Assembly (NCBI GenBank): GCA_963769935.1
Contig: CAVYNY010000022.1
Location: forward strand, 256,001 to 320,000
DNA length: 64,000 bases
Reading direction: 5' to 3'
Source: an uncultured delta proteobacterium
GTDB lineage: Bacteria; Desulfobacterota; Desulfobacteria; Desulfobacterales; JAFDCJ01
The notes under the pieces are model-generated. The model did no database searches. It had not been told where the DNA came from and saw only the letters and a program-made list of their open reading frames with translations. Shown here one piece after another: positions 29,546 to 40,172 of the stretch. The position numbers and the translations under genes are program-made. Numbering within the stretch: position 1 is the stretch's first letter; each line of letters opens with the position of its first letter.

Positions 29546-30821
29546 CCGTTGCCTCCGCGGTTTTAGCCCGGTTCAATTCATATTTGGCTAACCTGATGTA
29601 CTGAAAAATCGGTATCTTGGATACACAAACATAGCTGCACAGTCCGCATTCGATGCAGGAATACAGATCGTAGCCGTCGGCAGCTTCCTGATAGTGTCCG
29701 GCTTCTAAAAATCTGACCAGCATGTTGACTGACATTTGAGCAGGACAGGCCCGCACGCAATTGCCGCAATTGATGCAGGGATAATCGGATGTGGAGGCGG
29801 CCTTGGTCCGATCCAGCACCATAATGGCATCGGTGTCGGGCAAAATCGGTTGGTCCAGCGAATACACCGCCGTACCCGTCATGGGTCCGCCGAATATTAT
29901 GCGGTCCGCTTCGTTGATGGTGACATCATAAGCTGAAAGAATATCGCGGATGGGCGTTCCGATCGTCGTTTCAATAATTCGCTGATTTTCTTCTTTGGTT
30001 ATCAGGGTAAGGACCTTGCGAACCGGGATCTGGCCGCTCTCGTAGGCGCTGCCGAGGGAGACCACCGCTTCGACGCTCATAAAGCAGACACCCAGATCTT
30101 CACAGCTTTTGCCGGCCGGCACGATCTCTCCCAGGACATTTTTCATGATCATCTGGGGCAGGGCGGCCGGATAGGTGGTGTCAATGCTTTTGCCATCGGC
30201 TCCGATATGACCGAAACCTTGAAGGGCATCCCGGGCCGTCACCAGAATAACGCGTTTGACGCCGGTAATTTGCTTCAGGATCTCAATGCCGCCTTTTAAA
30301 TCGGCGATGCGGGTTTTGGTAATATACTGCCGGGTTCCGACCAGCAGATCGCTGTCGGCGCCCGTTATGACAATGGCTTTGACCGGATGTTCTGATGCCG
30401 CCAGCTTTGCCAGCGGGGGACTGCCCGGTGTGAATGCAAGAAAGTCAAGGGCATTCGCCAGTGTGACGGTCTGACATTGCGCCGCAAACTGGTCGTCTAT
30501 GGTTTCATTTTTATCGATATCGATGGTGACGGCGCTGTAGGTTTTGCCGAAATCACCGGTGTGCGGCGCGATGCCGGAAATGGTGCCGCCGGCACTGGCA
30601 ATGATATAGGCCGGGTCAGCCGCATACAGCGAAATTTTCTGGCCGGTTTTAACCTTGTCGCCGATGTGGAAGGCGGCAGGTGCCTTTTGAGCGGCCTTTT
30701 TAGGATGGTAAAGCGTAACTGTTTTTGATGCCGTCACCCTTTCAGGCGCAGGCAGTCGTGTGGGGAGCAGCCGGTATTGAAATTGCGGAATGTAAAGGCC
30801 GACAAACGATTTTTTAAGCAT
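29538..30821 (-). CDS. rnfC: Rnf complex subunit C-like (FMN/NAD motifs degenerate)
   Basis: GDKVKTGQ N-terminus, GGPMTG, two CxxCxxCxxxC motifs; position in operon. Confidence 0.85.
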   Translation of the reverse strand: MLKKSFVGLYIPQFQYRLLPTRLPAPERVTASKTVTLYHPKKAAQKAPAAFHIGDKVKTGQKISLYAADPAYIIASAGGTISGIAPHTGDFGKTYSAVTIDIDKNETIDDQFAAQCQTVTLANALDFLAFTPGSPPLAKLAASEHPVKAIVITGADSDLLVGTRQYITKTRIADLKGGIEILKQITGVKRVILVTARDALQGFGHIGADGKSIDTTYPAALPQMIMKNVLGEIVPAGKSCEDLGVCFMSVEAVVSLGSAYESGQIPVRKVLTLITKEENQRIIETTIGTPIRDILSAYDVTINEADRIIFGGPMTGTAVYSLDQPILPDTDAIMVLDRTKAASTSDYPCINCGNCVRACPAQMSVNMLVRFLEAGHYQEAADGYDLYSCIECGLCSYVCVSKIPIFQYIRLAKYELNRAKTAEATDA

Positions 30822-30894
30822 AGCACAACCTTTTTTTGTAATGCTGGGAAATTAGATCTCTGCGTCGCGGGCGGCAGTCACGTGATTTTCCGAT

Positions 30895-31284
30895 TTACCT
30901 GACATGGCACGCCGTACAATCTTTTTGGGACGGTCCGGAACCATAGGCCTCGTGACAGCCGCCACACTGCTTGTGGATAGCGTCCGCGAGTGCCGGAACT
31001 TCTTCATCGCCCTCATCCGGTGAATGACATTCGCTGCACGATTGGGCATTATTGTATTCATCTTCAGCGAGCGTGTGATGACAGTCACCGCATGACAACC
31101 CGTAGCCCGCGGCCGAATAATGCTTTTTGTGGTCAAAGATTACATTTCCCGCGGTGACTTCATACTTTATGCGAATCGGATCATGGGGCTTTTGGGGAGG
31201 AAATGCCGCATAACACAACACACCGACGAAAAGAAAATAGATGATCAGACCGTATGCCAGTTTCAGCTCGTTTTTTGAAAACAT
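30895..31284 (-). CDS. Tetraheme cytochrome c3 (class III) with N-terminal hydrophobic segment
   Basis: VIFDHKKH plus four CxxCH motifs (CGDCH, CSECH, CGGCH, CTACH). Confidence 0.9.
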   Translation of the reverse strand: MFSKNELKLAYGLIIYFLFVGVLCYAAFPPQKPHDPIRIKYEVTAGNVIFDHKKHYSAAGYGLSCGDCHHTLAEDEYNNAQSCSECHSPDEGDEEVPALADAIHKQCGGCHEAYGSGPSQKDCTACHVR

Positions 31285-31518
31285 ATTCCGTCCATACCTT
31301 AGATTCTAGTTTTGAAAACCTGATTTTCCGGGCCAGGTCAGTCCGCATGAGCCGCATTGCTGCAGTTGAACGCCATGGGGTACTGGAATAATGAAATGTT
31401 GGAGTGCTGGGTTTGGCGGACTGCGATCTATTGTAAACAGCATTCCTCAGAAATTCAAAGTTCGACTACCACAATGCCATAAAGCTTTCAAGAATTTTTT
31501 TATGGGATGTAGTGCCAA

Positions 31519-31674
31519 GTGCTCACTCAAAAATAACTTCACATTTTATACGCCGCTGCATCCCGCCCGGCAGCGTTGCGAAAGCTCGAAATATCCAGAT
31601 ATGCCTGCGTCTTCACACCTTGCCGGACAGGCGCCGCAACGCCTAAAATTGTGGATTTAATTTTTCGTGAACCC
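31519..31674 (+). mobile_element. 156-bp hairpin MITE, copy 3 (more diverged)
   Basis: GTGCTCAC...GTGAACCC; flanks CAA/TAA; same length as copies 1 and 2. Confidence 0.85.
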
Positions 31675-31695
31675 TAAATCAAACGGTCGTTCGTG

Positions 31696-33813
31696 TCAGG
31701 CGGTCTCGGATTGGGTGCGCAAATCCTGAAGCAATGCCTTATCAGCGTAGGCCTTGTCCGGGTTGTAGCAGGTGAGACAGCAAAAAAGGCACCGGTTGCT
31801 TTCTCCCCGGGCGGCTTCTTCGCTTAATACCTGATCGACCTCGATAAAAGAATGAATACGTTCCTCAACCGGCAATTCCGGCATGTGAGTTCTTCGGCTT
31901 TTAACGATTCCCGGAACCTGGTCGAAGATGGTTTCAGCAATCAGATCTTTAGCCAACTCTTTTGGATCCGCACTGACCGGCAATCCCGTGACATACTGGT
32001 GAATCGAGCGGGCCGCCCGCCGTCCGCCGCCGATGGCAGTCACTACCAGACTGGGACCGGTGGCCGCATCCCCCGCAGCAAAGATGTGGGGAATATTGGA
32101 TTGCAGGGTAGCCGGATCAACTTCAATCGTATTCCAGCGGGTGGTTTTGAGTTGCATGACCTGTTCCATGATGCCTTCGGTGAAGGAAACTTCCGGGGAC
32201 TGGCCGATGGCTGTAATGACCATATCCGTTTCGATCAGGGTCTCAGAACCTTCAATGGGGACCGGTCTTCTTCTGCCGCTGGCATCCGGTTCTCCCAGCT
32301 CCATTTTTAAGTATTCCAGATGGGTGACGTTGCCGTTTTCATCTCCAATGACGCGAACCGGAGCCGCCAGAAACTGAAATTTGACCCCTTCCTCCTCAGC
32401 GGCGTCAATTTCTACCTCGTTGGCCGGCATTTCGTTGCGCGTTCGGCGATAGACGATGTAAACGTTTTCGACCCCCAACCGGAGCAGGTTGCGGGTACAG
32501 TCAATGGCCGTGTTTCCGCCGCCGATGATAACGGATGATCGGCCGACCGGTATTTTTTCACCGCCGGCCAGACGCGATAAGAAGTCAATGCCCGTGTAAC
32601 ATCCTTTTAAATTCTCGCCTTCCACCCGCAGTTTTGAGTCCTGCCACGCGCCGATACCAAGGAAAACGGCATCATAATTTTTGGCTGCCAGGGATGCCAG
32701 GTCAAAATCGCGACCGAACTTCATATTGGTGTGGGCCTCGATGCCAAGATTGAGGATGCCTTCGATTTCCCAGTCCAGCACTTTTTTTGGCAGCCGGTAC
32801 TCAGGAATCCCATAGCGCAGCATGCCGCCCAATTTGGGCATGGCTTCATAAATCGTTACATCGTGGCCCAGTCTTCGCAAAAAGAAAGCGCAGGTGAGCC
32901 CTGCCGGACCGCCGCCGACAACTGCCACATGTTTGCCCGTGGACGGAGCCACCGGCACCGGCACCCGTTTGCCGGCGTTCATTTCATAATCGGCAGCAAA
33001 GCGTTTCAGCTGATTGATGGACACCGGATCGTCTTCGATGCCCCGCCGGCAATTCTCCTCGCAGGGATGCGGACAAACCCGGCCGCACGCCAGCAGCAAA
33101 GGGTTGCGCTCCCGGATGGTATTGACGGCACCTTCATAGTCGCCCTCACGTATTTGAGCGATGTATTTGGGAATATCGATTTCAGCCGGGCAGGTTTGGC
33201 GGCAGGGCGCCAATCGATCATCGGATTGGTTGAAATGCAGAATGCGTTGGGATGCCGTGGTTACATTCATCACGCCTTTCGGGCAGATCAGCTCGCATAC
33301 GCCGCAGCCGACACATTTTTGTCTGTCGACCACCGGATATCCCGCCGGCCCCATCGTTAACGCACCAAACATACAGGCCCGCACACAATCGCCCAAACCC
33401 AGGCATCCGACGCTGCAAACCCGCTGGCCGCCGGACATGGCAGCCTGGGCACTGCAGGTGTTAACGCCCACGTAAACGAATTTATTCTCGGCCCGGTTCC
33501 CGCCGGTGCAGGTATTGTAAGATTTGAGCGGCTCGGCCATGCCGACTTCCATACCCATGACAGCGGCCGCCCCTTGGGCGGAATCCGCGCCTCCAACCAC
33601 ACACACGCTGGGAGCTGCTTTACCTGCTACCACCGCAACCGCTGCTGCCGAGCATCCGGCATACCCGCAACCGCCGCAGTTTGCACCGGCTAAACATGAC
33701 TCGACCTCGGAAATACGAGGATCTTCCCAGACATAAAATATTAGCGACGCTGCGCCGAGCACAATTCCACAAATTGCACCCAGCGCCAGCATGAAAATTG
33801 TTCCTTCAAACAT
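31696..33813 (-). CDS. rnfB: RnfB fused to a GltD/NfnB-like FAD/NADPH oxidoreductase
   Basis: TM anchor, LAGANCGGCGYAGC and ferredoxin motifs; then PCRQTCP, CGRVCPHPCEENC, GGGPAG, GGGNTAIDC, VYRR, FAAGD. Confidence 0.92.
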   Translation of the reverse strand: MFEGTIFMLALGAICGIVLGAASLIFYVWEDPRISEVESCLAGANCGGCGYAGCSAAAVAVVAGKAAPSVCVVGGADSAQGAAAVMGMEVGMAEPLKSYNTCTGGNRAENKFVYVGVNTCSAQAAMSGGQRVCSVGCLGLGDCVRACMFGALTMGPAGYPVVDRQKCVGCGVCELICPKGVMNVTTASQRILHFNQSDDRLAPCRQTCPAEIDIPKYIAQIREGDYEGAVNTIRERNPLLLACGRVCPHPCEENCRRGIEDDPVSINQLKRFAADYEMNAGKRVPVPVAPSTGKHVAVVGGGPAGLTCAFFLRRLGHDVTIYEAMPKLGGMLRYGIPEYRLPKKVLDWEIEGILNLGIEAHTNMKFGRDFDLASLAAKNYDAVFLGIGAWQDSKLRVEGENLKGCYTGIDFLSRLAGGEKIPVGRSSVIIGGGNTAIDCTRNLLRLGVENVYIVYRRTRNEMPANEVEIDAAEEEGVKFQFLAAPVRVIGDENGNVTHLEYLKMELGEPDASGRRRPVPIEGSETLIETDMVITAIGQSPEVSFTEGIMEQVMQLKTTRWNTIEVDPATLQSNIPHIFAAGDAATGPSLVVTAIGGGRRAARSIHQYVTGLPVSADPKELAKDLIAETIFDQVPGIVKSRRTHMPELPVEERIHSFIEVDQVLSEEAARGESNRCLFCCLTCYNPDKAYADKALLQDLRTQSETA

Positions 33814-33993
33814 AGACCGACTCCTTGAAATTATTCAGATCACAAGCACGATCGCGCAGCATCCGGCAGGCGACTTTCAGACTCAGCTTGCTTAAGGGTG
33901 CTGCATAGCGACCGTTTTTTTCGAAAGACGGCATATTATCACCATAGATAAAATATTTCAAGTTTAAACAAAGATTTTAGTACAAATTTGACC

Positions 33994-34318
33994 AGCTGGT
34001 CGGCAGGCGGTTAGAGCGGCGAAGGCGGGAGACTGGGAAGCGGAAGGGCATGGGGCGCAGGGCATAGAGTATAGGGAATGAGCATGGGGCAAAGGGCATT
34101 GAGCATAGGGCGTGGGGTAAAGAGTTAGAGCGAAGGCCATAGCGTCCATTTGGTCGATTGGATTGGGGCTTACGAACTCCCGAGCTTATGTTATGAGCTT
34201 ACCAGCTTACCAGCTTTCAAGCCTTCCAACTTGCCGGCCTTTCTGCGACTCACTATTAACTCAATAAACTCAATAAACACAACAAACACAACAAACTCAA
34301 AAGACCCAATCAACCAAG
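33994..34318. repeat. Polarised short-tandem-repeat mosaic
   Basis: G-rich 8-mers and gggcatg 7-mers, then agcttacc 8-mers and ctcaataaa/cacaacaaa 9-mers. Confidence 0.9.
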
Positions 34319-34320
34319 CA

Positions 34321-36039
34321 TCAGCACACACCGCACATCCGGCAGGTATCCACCTGGCAGTCCGGTGTGGCCAGGCCTTTGACAGCGCGCTGCCACTCCT
34401 TTTGCAGAAATGATTTTTTGATGCCGTGATCGATGAAATCCCACGGAAGCAGTTCGTCCGGATCACGTTCCCGCAGAACATAAAAGTCCGGGTTGACGGG
34501 AACAGTTTTAAGCGTCGTGGCCCAGTTGCCTCCGTTGGCATGGGCCAGCGCAAGGATATCGGCGACTTTGCGATCGCCGCGCGACAGCAGAGCCTGAATG
34601 TAGCCCCAGCGGGGGATATCAGAATTTATCCGGAGGTTGGCTACCTTGTTCAACTCACTTTTTATTTTTTTTATTTTGTTCTTCAGTACGCCGACGCCCT
34701 CCATTGCCGCCCATTGAAAGGGGGTAAACGGTTTCGGCACAAATGAGTTGAGGCTGACGGTTATGGTGCCGATTCTTTGGCGGGTGCGGCTGGAAGTTAA
34801 AAAGCGATGTTTGATTTTTTTGACCAACGTAATAATCGCATCGACATCCGCTTCGGTTTCGGTCGGAAGTCCGACCATAAAATACAGCTTTATATTCGCA
34901 ATTCCATTTTCGACCAGAACCGACGCGGCATTCAGCACGTCATTTTCAGTGATGCCCTTGTTGATGACCTGGCGCATGCGTTGCGAGCCGACTTCCGGCG
35001 CGATGGTAGCCGTTTTCACATTGCTTTGTTTCAAGGCTGCGACCAGCCCATCCGTTAAACGGTCGGCGCGCAGGGAACTGAATGAAAGTCTGATATCCTG
35101 ATCCCGGAATTTCTTGCATAGTTCTTCGATTCCGGGCAGATCCGATACCGCCGCCCCCACCAGCCCGATGCGATCGGTGATTTGAGCACCTTTTTTTATG
35201 GTTTGTTCAAGCAGCGGGACGGAGCGAAATCTGGGCGGCCGGTAGATAAATCCAGCACTGCAAAAGCGACAGCCGTGGGGACAGCCGCGGCCGGTTTCGA
35301 CTAAAAATGTTTGATCAAAGGTTGTGTCAAGGGCTACGATCGAGCTGCAGGTGGCCGATTGGTCCAGCTCTTTTGTATGCACGCGTTTTATTTTGCGGGG
35401 CACGTCCGCCAGAGGTTTAAAGTCCGCCAGAGTACCGTCGTCATTGTAGCGGGTCTGGTAAAGCGCCGGGACATACGCACCCGGGACGTTGCGGGCCAGG
35501 TTTATCAAAACGCGTCTTTTTATCTGCAGCCGGATCAAAAGTTTGAATAAAAGGCGGGAGCATCTCTTCGGCTTCGCCGATGAAAAAACAGTCGATAAAA
35601 GCGGACATCGGTTCGGGATTTAAAAAGCATGCCACGCCGCCGGCGATAACCAGCGGGTGCCGGTGATCTCTGTCACTCGGCTTGCAGCGGGATACCGGCC
35701 TTTTCCAGCATGGCCAGCACATTGGGATAGTCGTTTTCAAATGACAGGGAAAAGGCGATGATATCGGCCGCGGCAACGGGCCGGCCCGACTCCATGGTAG
35801 TCAGAAGCGGTCGGCCGAGACGGGCTTTCATCCGGCAGAAAAACCCTTTCACATACCACGTGATCATATCGGTTGAAAAGCCCATACAGGGTCAGAAACC
35901 CGAGGTTGGACATGCCGACATGATAGCGGTTGGGGTACGCCAGGGCGATACTGACTCTGGAATTCCAGGATTTTCGGATGGTTCCGATTTCGGCCTTACC
36001 GTGAGGGCGGTTACGCGTTTATCTGATTTTGCGCGGCAT
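34321..36039 (-). CDS. Radical SAM protein (B12-binding-like N-terminus) with several frameshifts in the 5' third
   Basis: RGCPHGCRFC; N-terminal pieces YPNRYHVGMSNLGF, AFSLSFENDY and IAGGVACFLNPEP lie in different frames; probably sequence errors. Confidence 0.8.
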
Positions 36040-36402
36040 ATTGTCGCCTGTCCGTTTTCGCAGCGAAGATGACCGGATCGTTACAGAACATCAGAGGGGT
36101 ACGTGGTCCGTTGCGTTGGTAAAAAAGGGATAGGACCTCAATTCACTTGCGAACTGATTCCCCAATGGTTGTTGCAGCAAGATTGCATCAAGAAAAGTCA
36201 TTCATTACCGTATAATGATGCTGTTCCGGTCAGCAGTCAACAACCCCAATAAGATGCCGTTTCAGACACTTTGAAAATACTGCCGCATCGAAAAACAATC
36301 CTCCCTTCCGCAACAACAGACATTGGATATTTTAGCGAAGGCCCGTGAACATTGAATAATGAACAACAGACGCAAACAGCCGACAACTGACAACGGACAT
36401 TC

Positions 36403-37580
36403 CTAATCAGCTTTTCTTCTTAAGAAAGTCGGGACATCCAAATCGACCGTCATTGACGATCACACCGCTGGTGCCGCGGTAAATGGCCCCCGACGATTCT
36501 CCGACCGCCCTTTTCTGGCGGATAAAGGTCGGCTCATCATAATCGACAATTTTTTCCAGATCTTCAGGGGTGATGTCCCTGATTTTTCCCCGCAGCGGCT
36601 GTACCAGCGGCTGTTCCGTTGACCGGTTCTTTGCCGATGCCGGTTGCGATAACCGTCACCCGCATCTCATCGCCCAGGCTGTCGTCCAATGAGGTACCCC
36701 AGAAAATTTCAGCGTCGTCGCCCACTTCTTTGTGAATGAACTCGGATGCCTCGGCAACCTCTTCGAATTCCATGTCGCTGGTGGCGGTGATATTCATCAA
36801 TACTCCCTTGGCGCCTTTAATGGGAATGTCCTCCAGCAGGGGATGGGAGATCGCTTTTTCGGCAGCTTCCACCGCCCGATTTTCACCCGATGCGATGCCA
36901 ATGCCCATCAGGGCCAAGCCGGCCTTGGACATGGTGGTTCTGACATCGGCAAAATCAAGATTAACCACACCCGGCATCATAATCAGATCCGTGATTCCTT
37001 TAACCGAATGCAGCAGGATTTCATCGGCCTTTACAAACATTTCCATCAAGGTGGCTTTTTTGGATGCCAGACCCCGCAGCCGGTCATTGGGAATGGTGAT
37101 GGCGGTATCCACGACCTTCTTCAGAGCCTCGATGGCATCGTCGGCCACTTTGGCGCGCTTTTTACCTTCAAAGGAAAACGGCCGGGTTACCACTGCCACC
37201 GTCAAAGCCCCCAGGTCTTTGCTGATTTCCGCAATGACTGGGGCCGCGCCGCTGCCGGTGCCGCCGCCGAATCCGGCAGTAATGAACACCATGTGACTGT
37301 CGGCCAACGCCTGTCTGATTGCTTCTTCGTTTTCCAGGGCGGCATCCCGGCCTACCTGGGGATTGGCCCCGGCTCCCAAGCCCTCGGTAATATGTTCTCC
37401 CAGCTGAATCCGGACCGACGCTTTGGAAATTTCCAAAGCCTGGGCATCTGTATTGGCCGCAATGAATTTAACTCCCTGAAGATTAGATGCGATCATGTTG
37501 TTGATAGCGTTGCCGCCTGCGCCGCCAACTCCGATAACCTTGATTTTCGCTGATTTTTCCTTGTCCACATAAGTAAACAT
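36403..37580 (-). CDS. ftsZ: Cell division protein FtsZ (two apparent +1 frameshifts in the C-terminal tail)
   Basis: VIGVGGAGGNA, GGGTGSG; conserved tail DLDVPTFLRRKAD* found out of frame, ending at 36403. Confidence 0.95.
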
Positions 37581-37603
37581 GTTTTGCCCTCCTACCGAGT
37601 ATA

Positions 37604-37791
37604 GTTATTGGTTATTGGTTTTCGTCGTTTCTGAATTCTATCCTCTATCTTCACGAAGGCTGGGAAGCCGGGAAGCTGGGAGGCTGGGAAGTTGCGAAAC
37701 AGAACCCTTTGCCCCGCATTTTGCCTTCCGACTTCGCACACCTCCGACCTCTGTTCTCTGTTTTCTGACATCTGTCTTCTGTCTGTCTGTC
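37604..37791. repeat. Polarised short-tandem-repeat mosaic between ftsA and ftsZ
   Basis: gttattg 7-mers and gctgggaa 8-mers, then tctgNNN 7-mers. Confidence 0.85.
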
Positions 37792-37792
37792 T

Positions 37793-39020
37793 TCAAACCA
37801 CATCATGAAACCACTTCTTCATCGTGGTCATGACACGATTGAATATGTTTTTGTCCCGGATCCTGAAATTTCTTTGAATCGCGGTTGCGGGCACCGAACA
37901 GAACCAACCCCACTCCGGTGGCGTACATGGGATTGTTGACCACATCCACCAGGCCTTTGATTCCCTGCGGCTTGCCCAGACGGGTGGGCAGCTTGAAAAC
38001 CGATTCCGCAACTTCCGAGACCCCTTCCAGCAGGGATGTCCCGCCAGTTAAGACAACTCCGGAATTGATGGAATTCTCCATCCGGGCCCGATAAATTTCC
38101 CGATAAACCAGCTCGAAAATTTCCTCCAGCCGGGGTTCCAGTATTTCTCCAAGGATTTGCCGCGGAAGTTTGCGGGATTCACGACCACCCATTCCTGATA
38201 CCTCTATGGATTCATCACTGCTGATATCCCGAGCCAGACAGGTGCCGTATTTTTTCTTAATTTTTTCGGCTTCGGCCTGAGGCGTGCGCAACCCAATTGC
38301 GATGTCGTTGGTCAGGTTGTTGCCTCCCAAAGCCAGCACAAAGGTATGCTTTATATTTTTTCCGGAAAAAACGGCCAGGTCGGTGGTTCCGCCGCCAAGA
38401 TCCAGTAGGGCGGTGCCCAGTTGTTTTTCTTCGTCGGTCAGGACGGCTTCACCGGATGCCAGTGACTCCAGCACAATATCGGAAACATCGAGTCCTGATC
38501 GATTGGCACATTTCACAATATTGTGGGCCGACGCGACGGCCCCGGTAACGATGTGAATTTTGGCCTCCAACCGCACCCCGGCCATTCCCACCGGGTTTTG
38601 AATGCCCGTCTCGTCATCGACAATAAATTCCTGGGGCAGCACATGAATGACTTCACGATCCATGGGAATCGCAACTGCTCTGGCGGCATCGATAACCCGT
38701 TCGACATCGTTTTCGGTGATTTCCGGACCTTTGATGGCAACAATACCGCGGCTGTTAAATCCCGTGATGTGCCCGCCGGCAATACCGGTACACACCGAAG
38801 AAATCTCACAGCCCGCCATTAGTTCAGCCTCTTCTACCGCTTTTTTAATTGATTCCACCGTCGATTCGATATTGATGACCACTCCCTTGCGCAACCCGAT
38901 GGAAGGGTGCGTTCCAATGCCGATAATGCTGATATCCGCCCCGGATGCTTCACCCACTACAGCACAGATCTTGGTCGTTCCGATATCAAGGCCCACGATA
39001 ATATCGTCTGCTCGCCGCAT
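37793..39020 (-). CDS. ftsA: Cell division protein FtsA (one apparent +1 frameshift near the 3' end)
   Basis: GLDIGTTKI, DLGGGTTD, VLTGGTS; amphipathic tail IFNRVMTTMKKWF out of frame; GAGGAGG RBS. Confidence 0.95.
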
Positions 39021-39093
39021 TCTATTCCTCCTCATGATCCCTGCCGGATTGTCGCATGGCTCCTGTCAATGTCGGCAATAGAACCCGCCCGTT

Positions 39094-39951
39094 TTACTGC
39101 AAGCCCAGGGGGTGCACCACGACACGCTCTAAATTGTTCAGATCAATGCGATCAAAATCCAATATGTTCGGTTGACGTTTAAGATATGAAAATAAATTCG
39201 CCAGCATATGATACTTGCCGGGAAAATCGCTGTATCCAAGATTTATGGCTTTGATGCCGTCAAAGGCGTAAACCGTAAGACCGATTTGCCGATCGACTTT
39301 AATTTGCCGGACGAGACGATTCGGCAAAATGCTGCCCTGCTGCAAGCCCATTTGCAATACCTGCATCACCGCTTTAAACGATGCCGAGTGCCCCGATGTT
39401 CGATTTTTCTCTGATGATTGCGGCTGGTCCCATACCGTCAAATCCGAGACATCGAGGCCGCTGACCACCGGCAGATCCGCAGGATCCGATGGATCCCATG
39501 CTTTAAATATCTGGCCCTGACGGTTGATCAGAAATTTTTGCCCGAAATCCACCATTGCCAGTGCATCTTGTTCTTTGATGCGTATGATCAGCCGGGATGG
39601 AATCTCCCGGCGGACCTCGGCTTCGGCAATCCACGGATGGGCCAGCAGTCGTTTGCGAACCAGTGACAGATTAATCGCCAGGATATTATCGCCCATGCGG
39701 ATACCGGCTTGCCGGGCGACAGTCTCCGGCGTTAATCGCTGTGTGCCTTCAATGCTCATCTGCCGGGCCGCAAAATAATCACATTGGGTTGCCAGATCGT
39801 ACACCAGAATGAAAAAGCCGGTCACCGCCGCCAATACAAAGACTGCCGCCAGCGCCTGGCCTGCCAGCATGATGCCCTGTAAGAATTTATTGCGCCGTTC
39901 GGCTCTCAGGGATTTGCGATAATTTTTGCGCGGCTTATTTCGTAAAAACAA
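39094..39951 (-). CDS. ftsQ: Cell division protein FtsQ/DivIB
   Basis: Single TM plus POTRA-like segment (HPWIAEAEVRREIPS); dcw position. Confidence 0.9.
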   Translation of the reverse strand: MFLRNKPRKNYRKSLRAERRNKFLQGIMLAGQALAAVFVLAAVTGFFILVYDLATQCDYFAARQMSIEGTQRLTPETVARQAGIRMGDNILAINLSLVRKRLLAHPWIAEAEVRREIPSRLIIRIKEQDALAMVDFGQKFLINRQGQIFKAWDPSDPADLPVVSGLDVSDLTVWDQPQSSEKNRTSGHSASFKAVMQVLQMGLQQGSILPNRLVRQIKVDRQIGLTVYAFDGIKAINLGYSDFPGKYHMLANLFSYLKRQPNILDFDRIDLNNLERVVVHPLGLQ

Positions 39952-39965
39952 TTTTAGCAGGCCTT

Positions 39966-40172
39966 TTAGTTGATTCAGTAGACTAAGTTTATTGAGTTCA
40001 TTGGGTTCATTGAGTTGACTAAGTCTATTAAATTAATTGAGTTGATAGGTCCTAGTTGATAGCTTCCAGGCTTCTCAGCCTATCTAGATTCTCAACCTCT
40101 CGCTTTCTTATCTTCTCATCTCCTCTTTGTCTGCCATTCTCTCACCTTCTCACCTTCTCACCTTCTCAACTT
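39966..40172. repeat. Polarised short-tandem-repeat mosaic between murC and ftsQ
   Basis: ttgagttca-type 9-mers, then ttctcacc 8-mers. Confidence 0.9.

Noticed and set aside
36403..37870. Programmed frameshifting in ftsZ or ftsA
   Set aside because: No consistent slippery motif; indels cluster locally across unrelated genes
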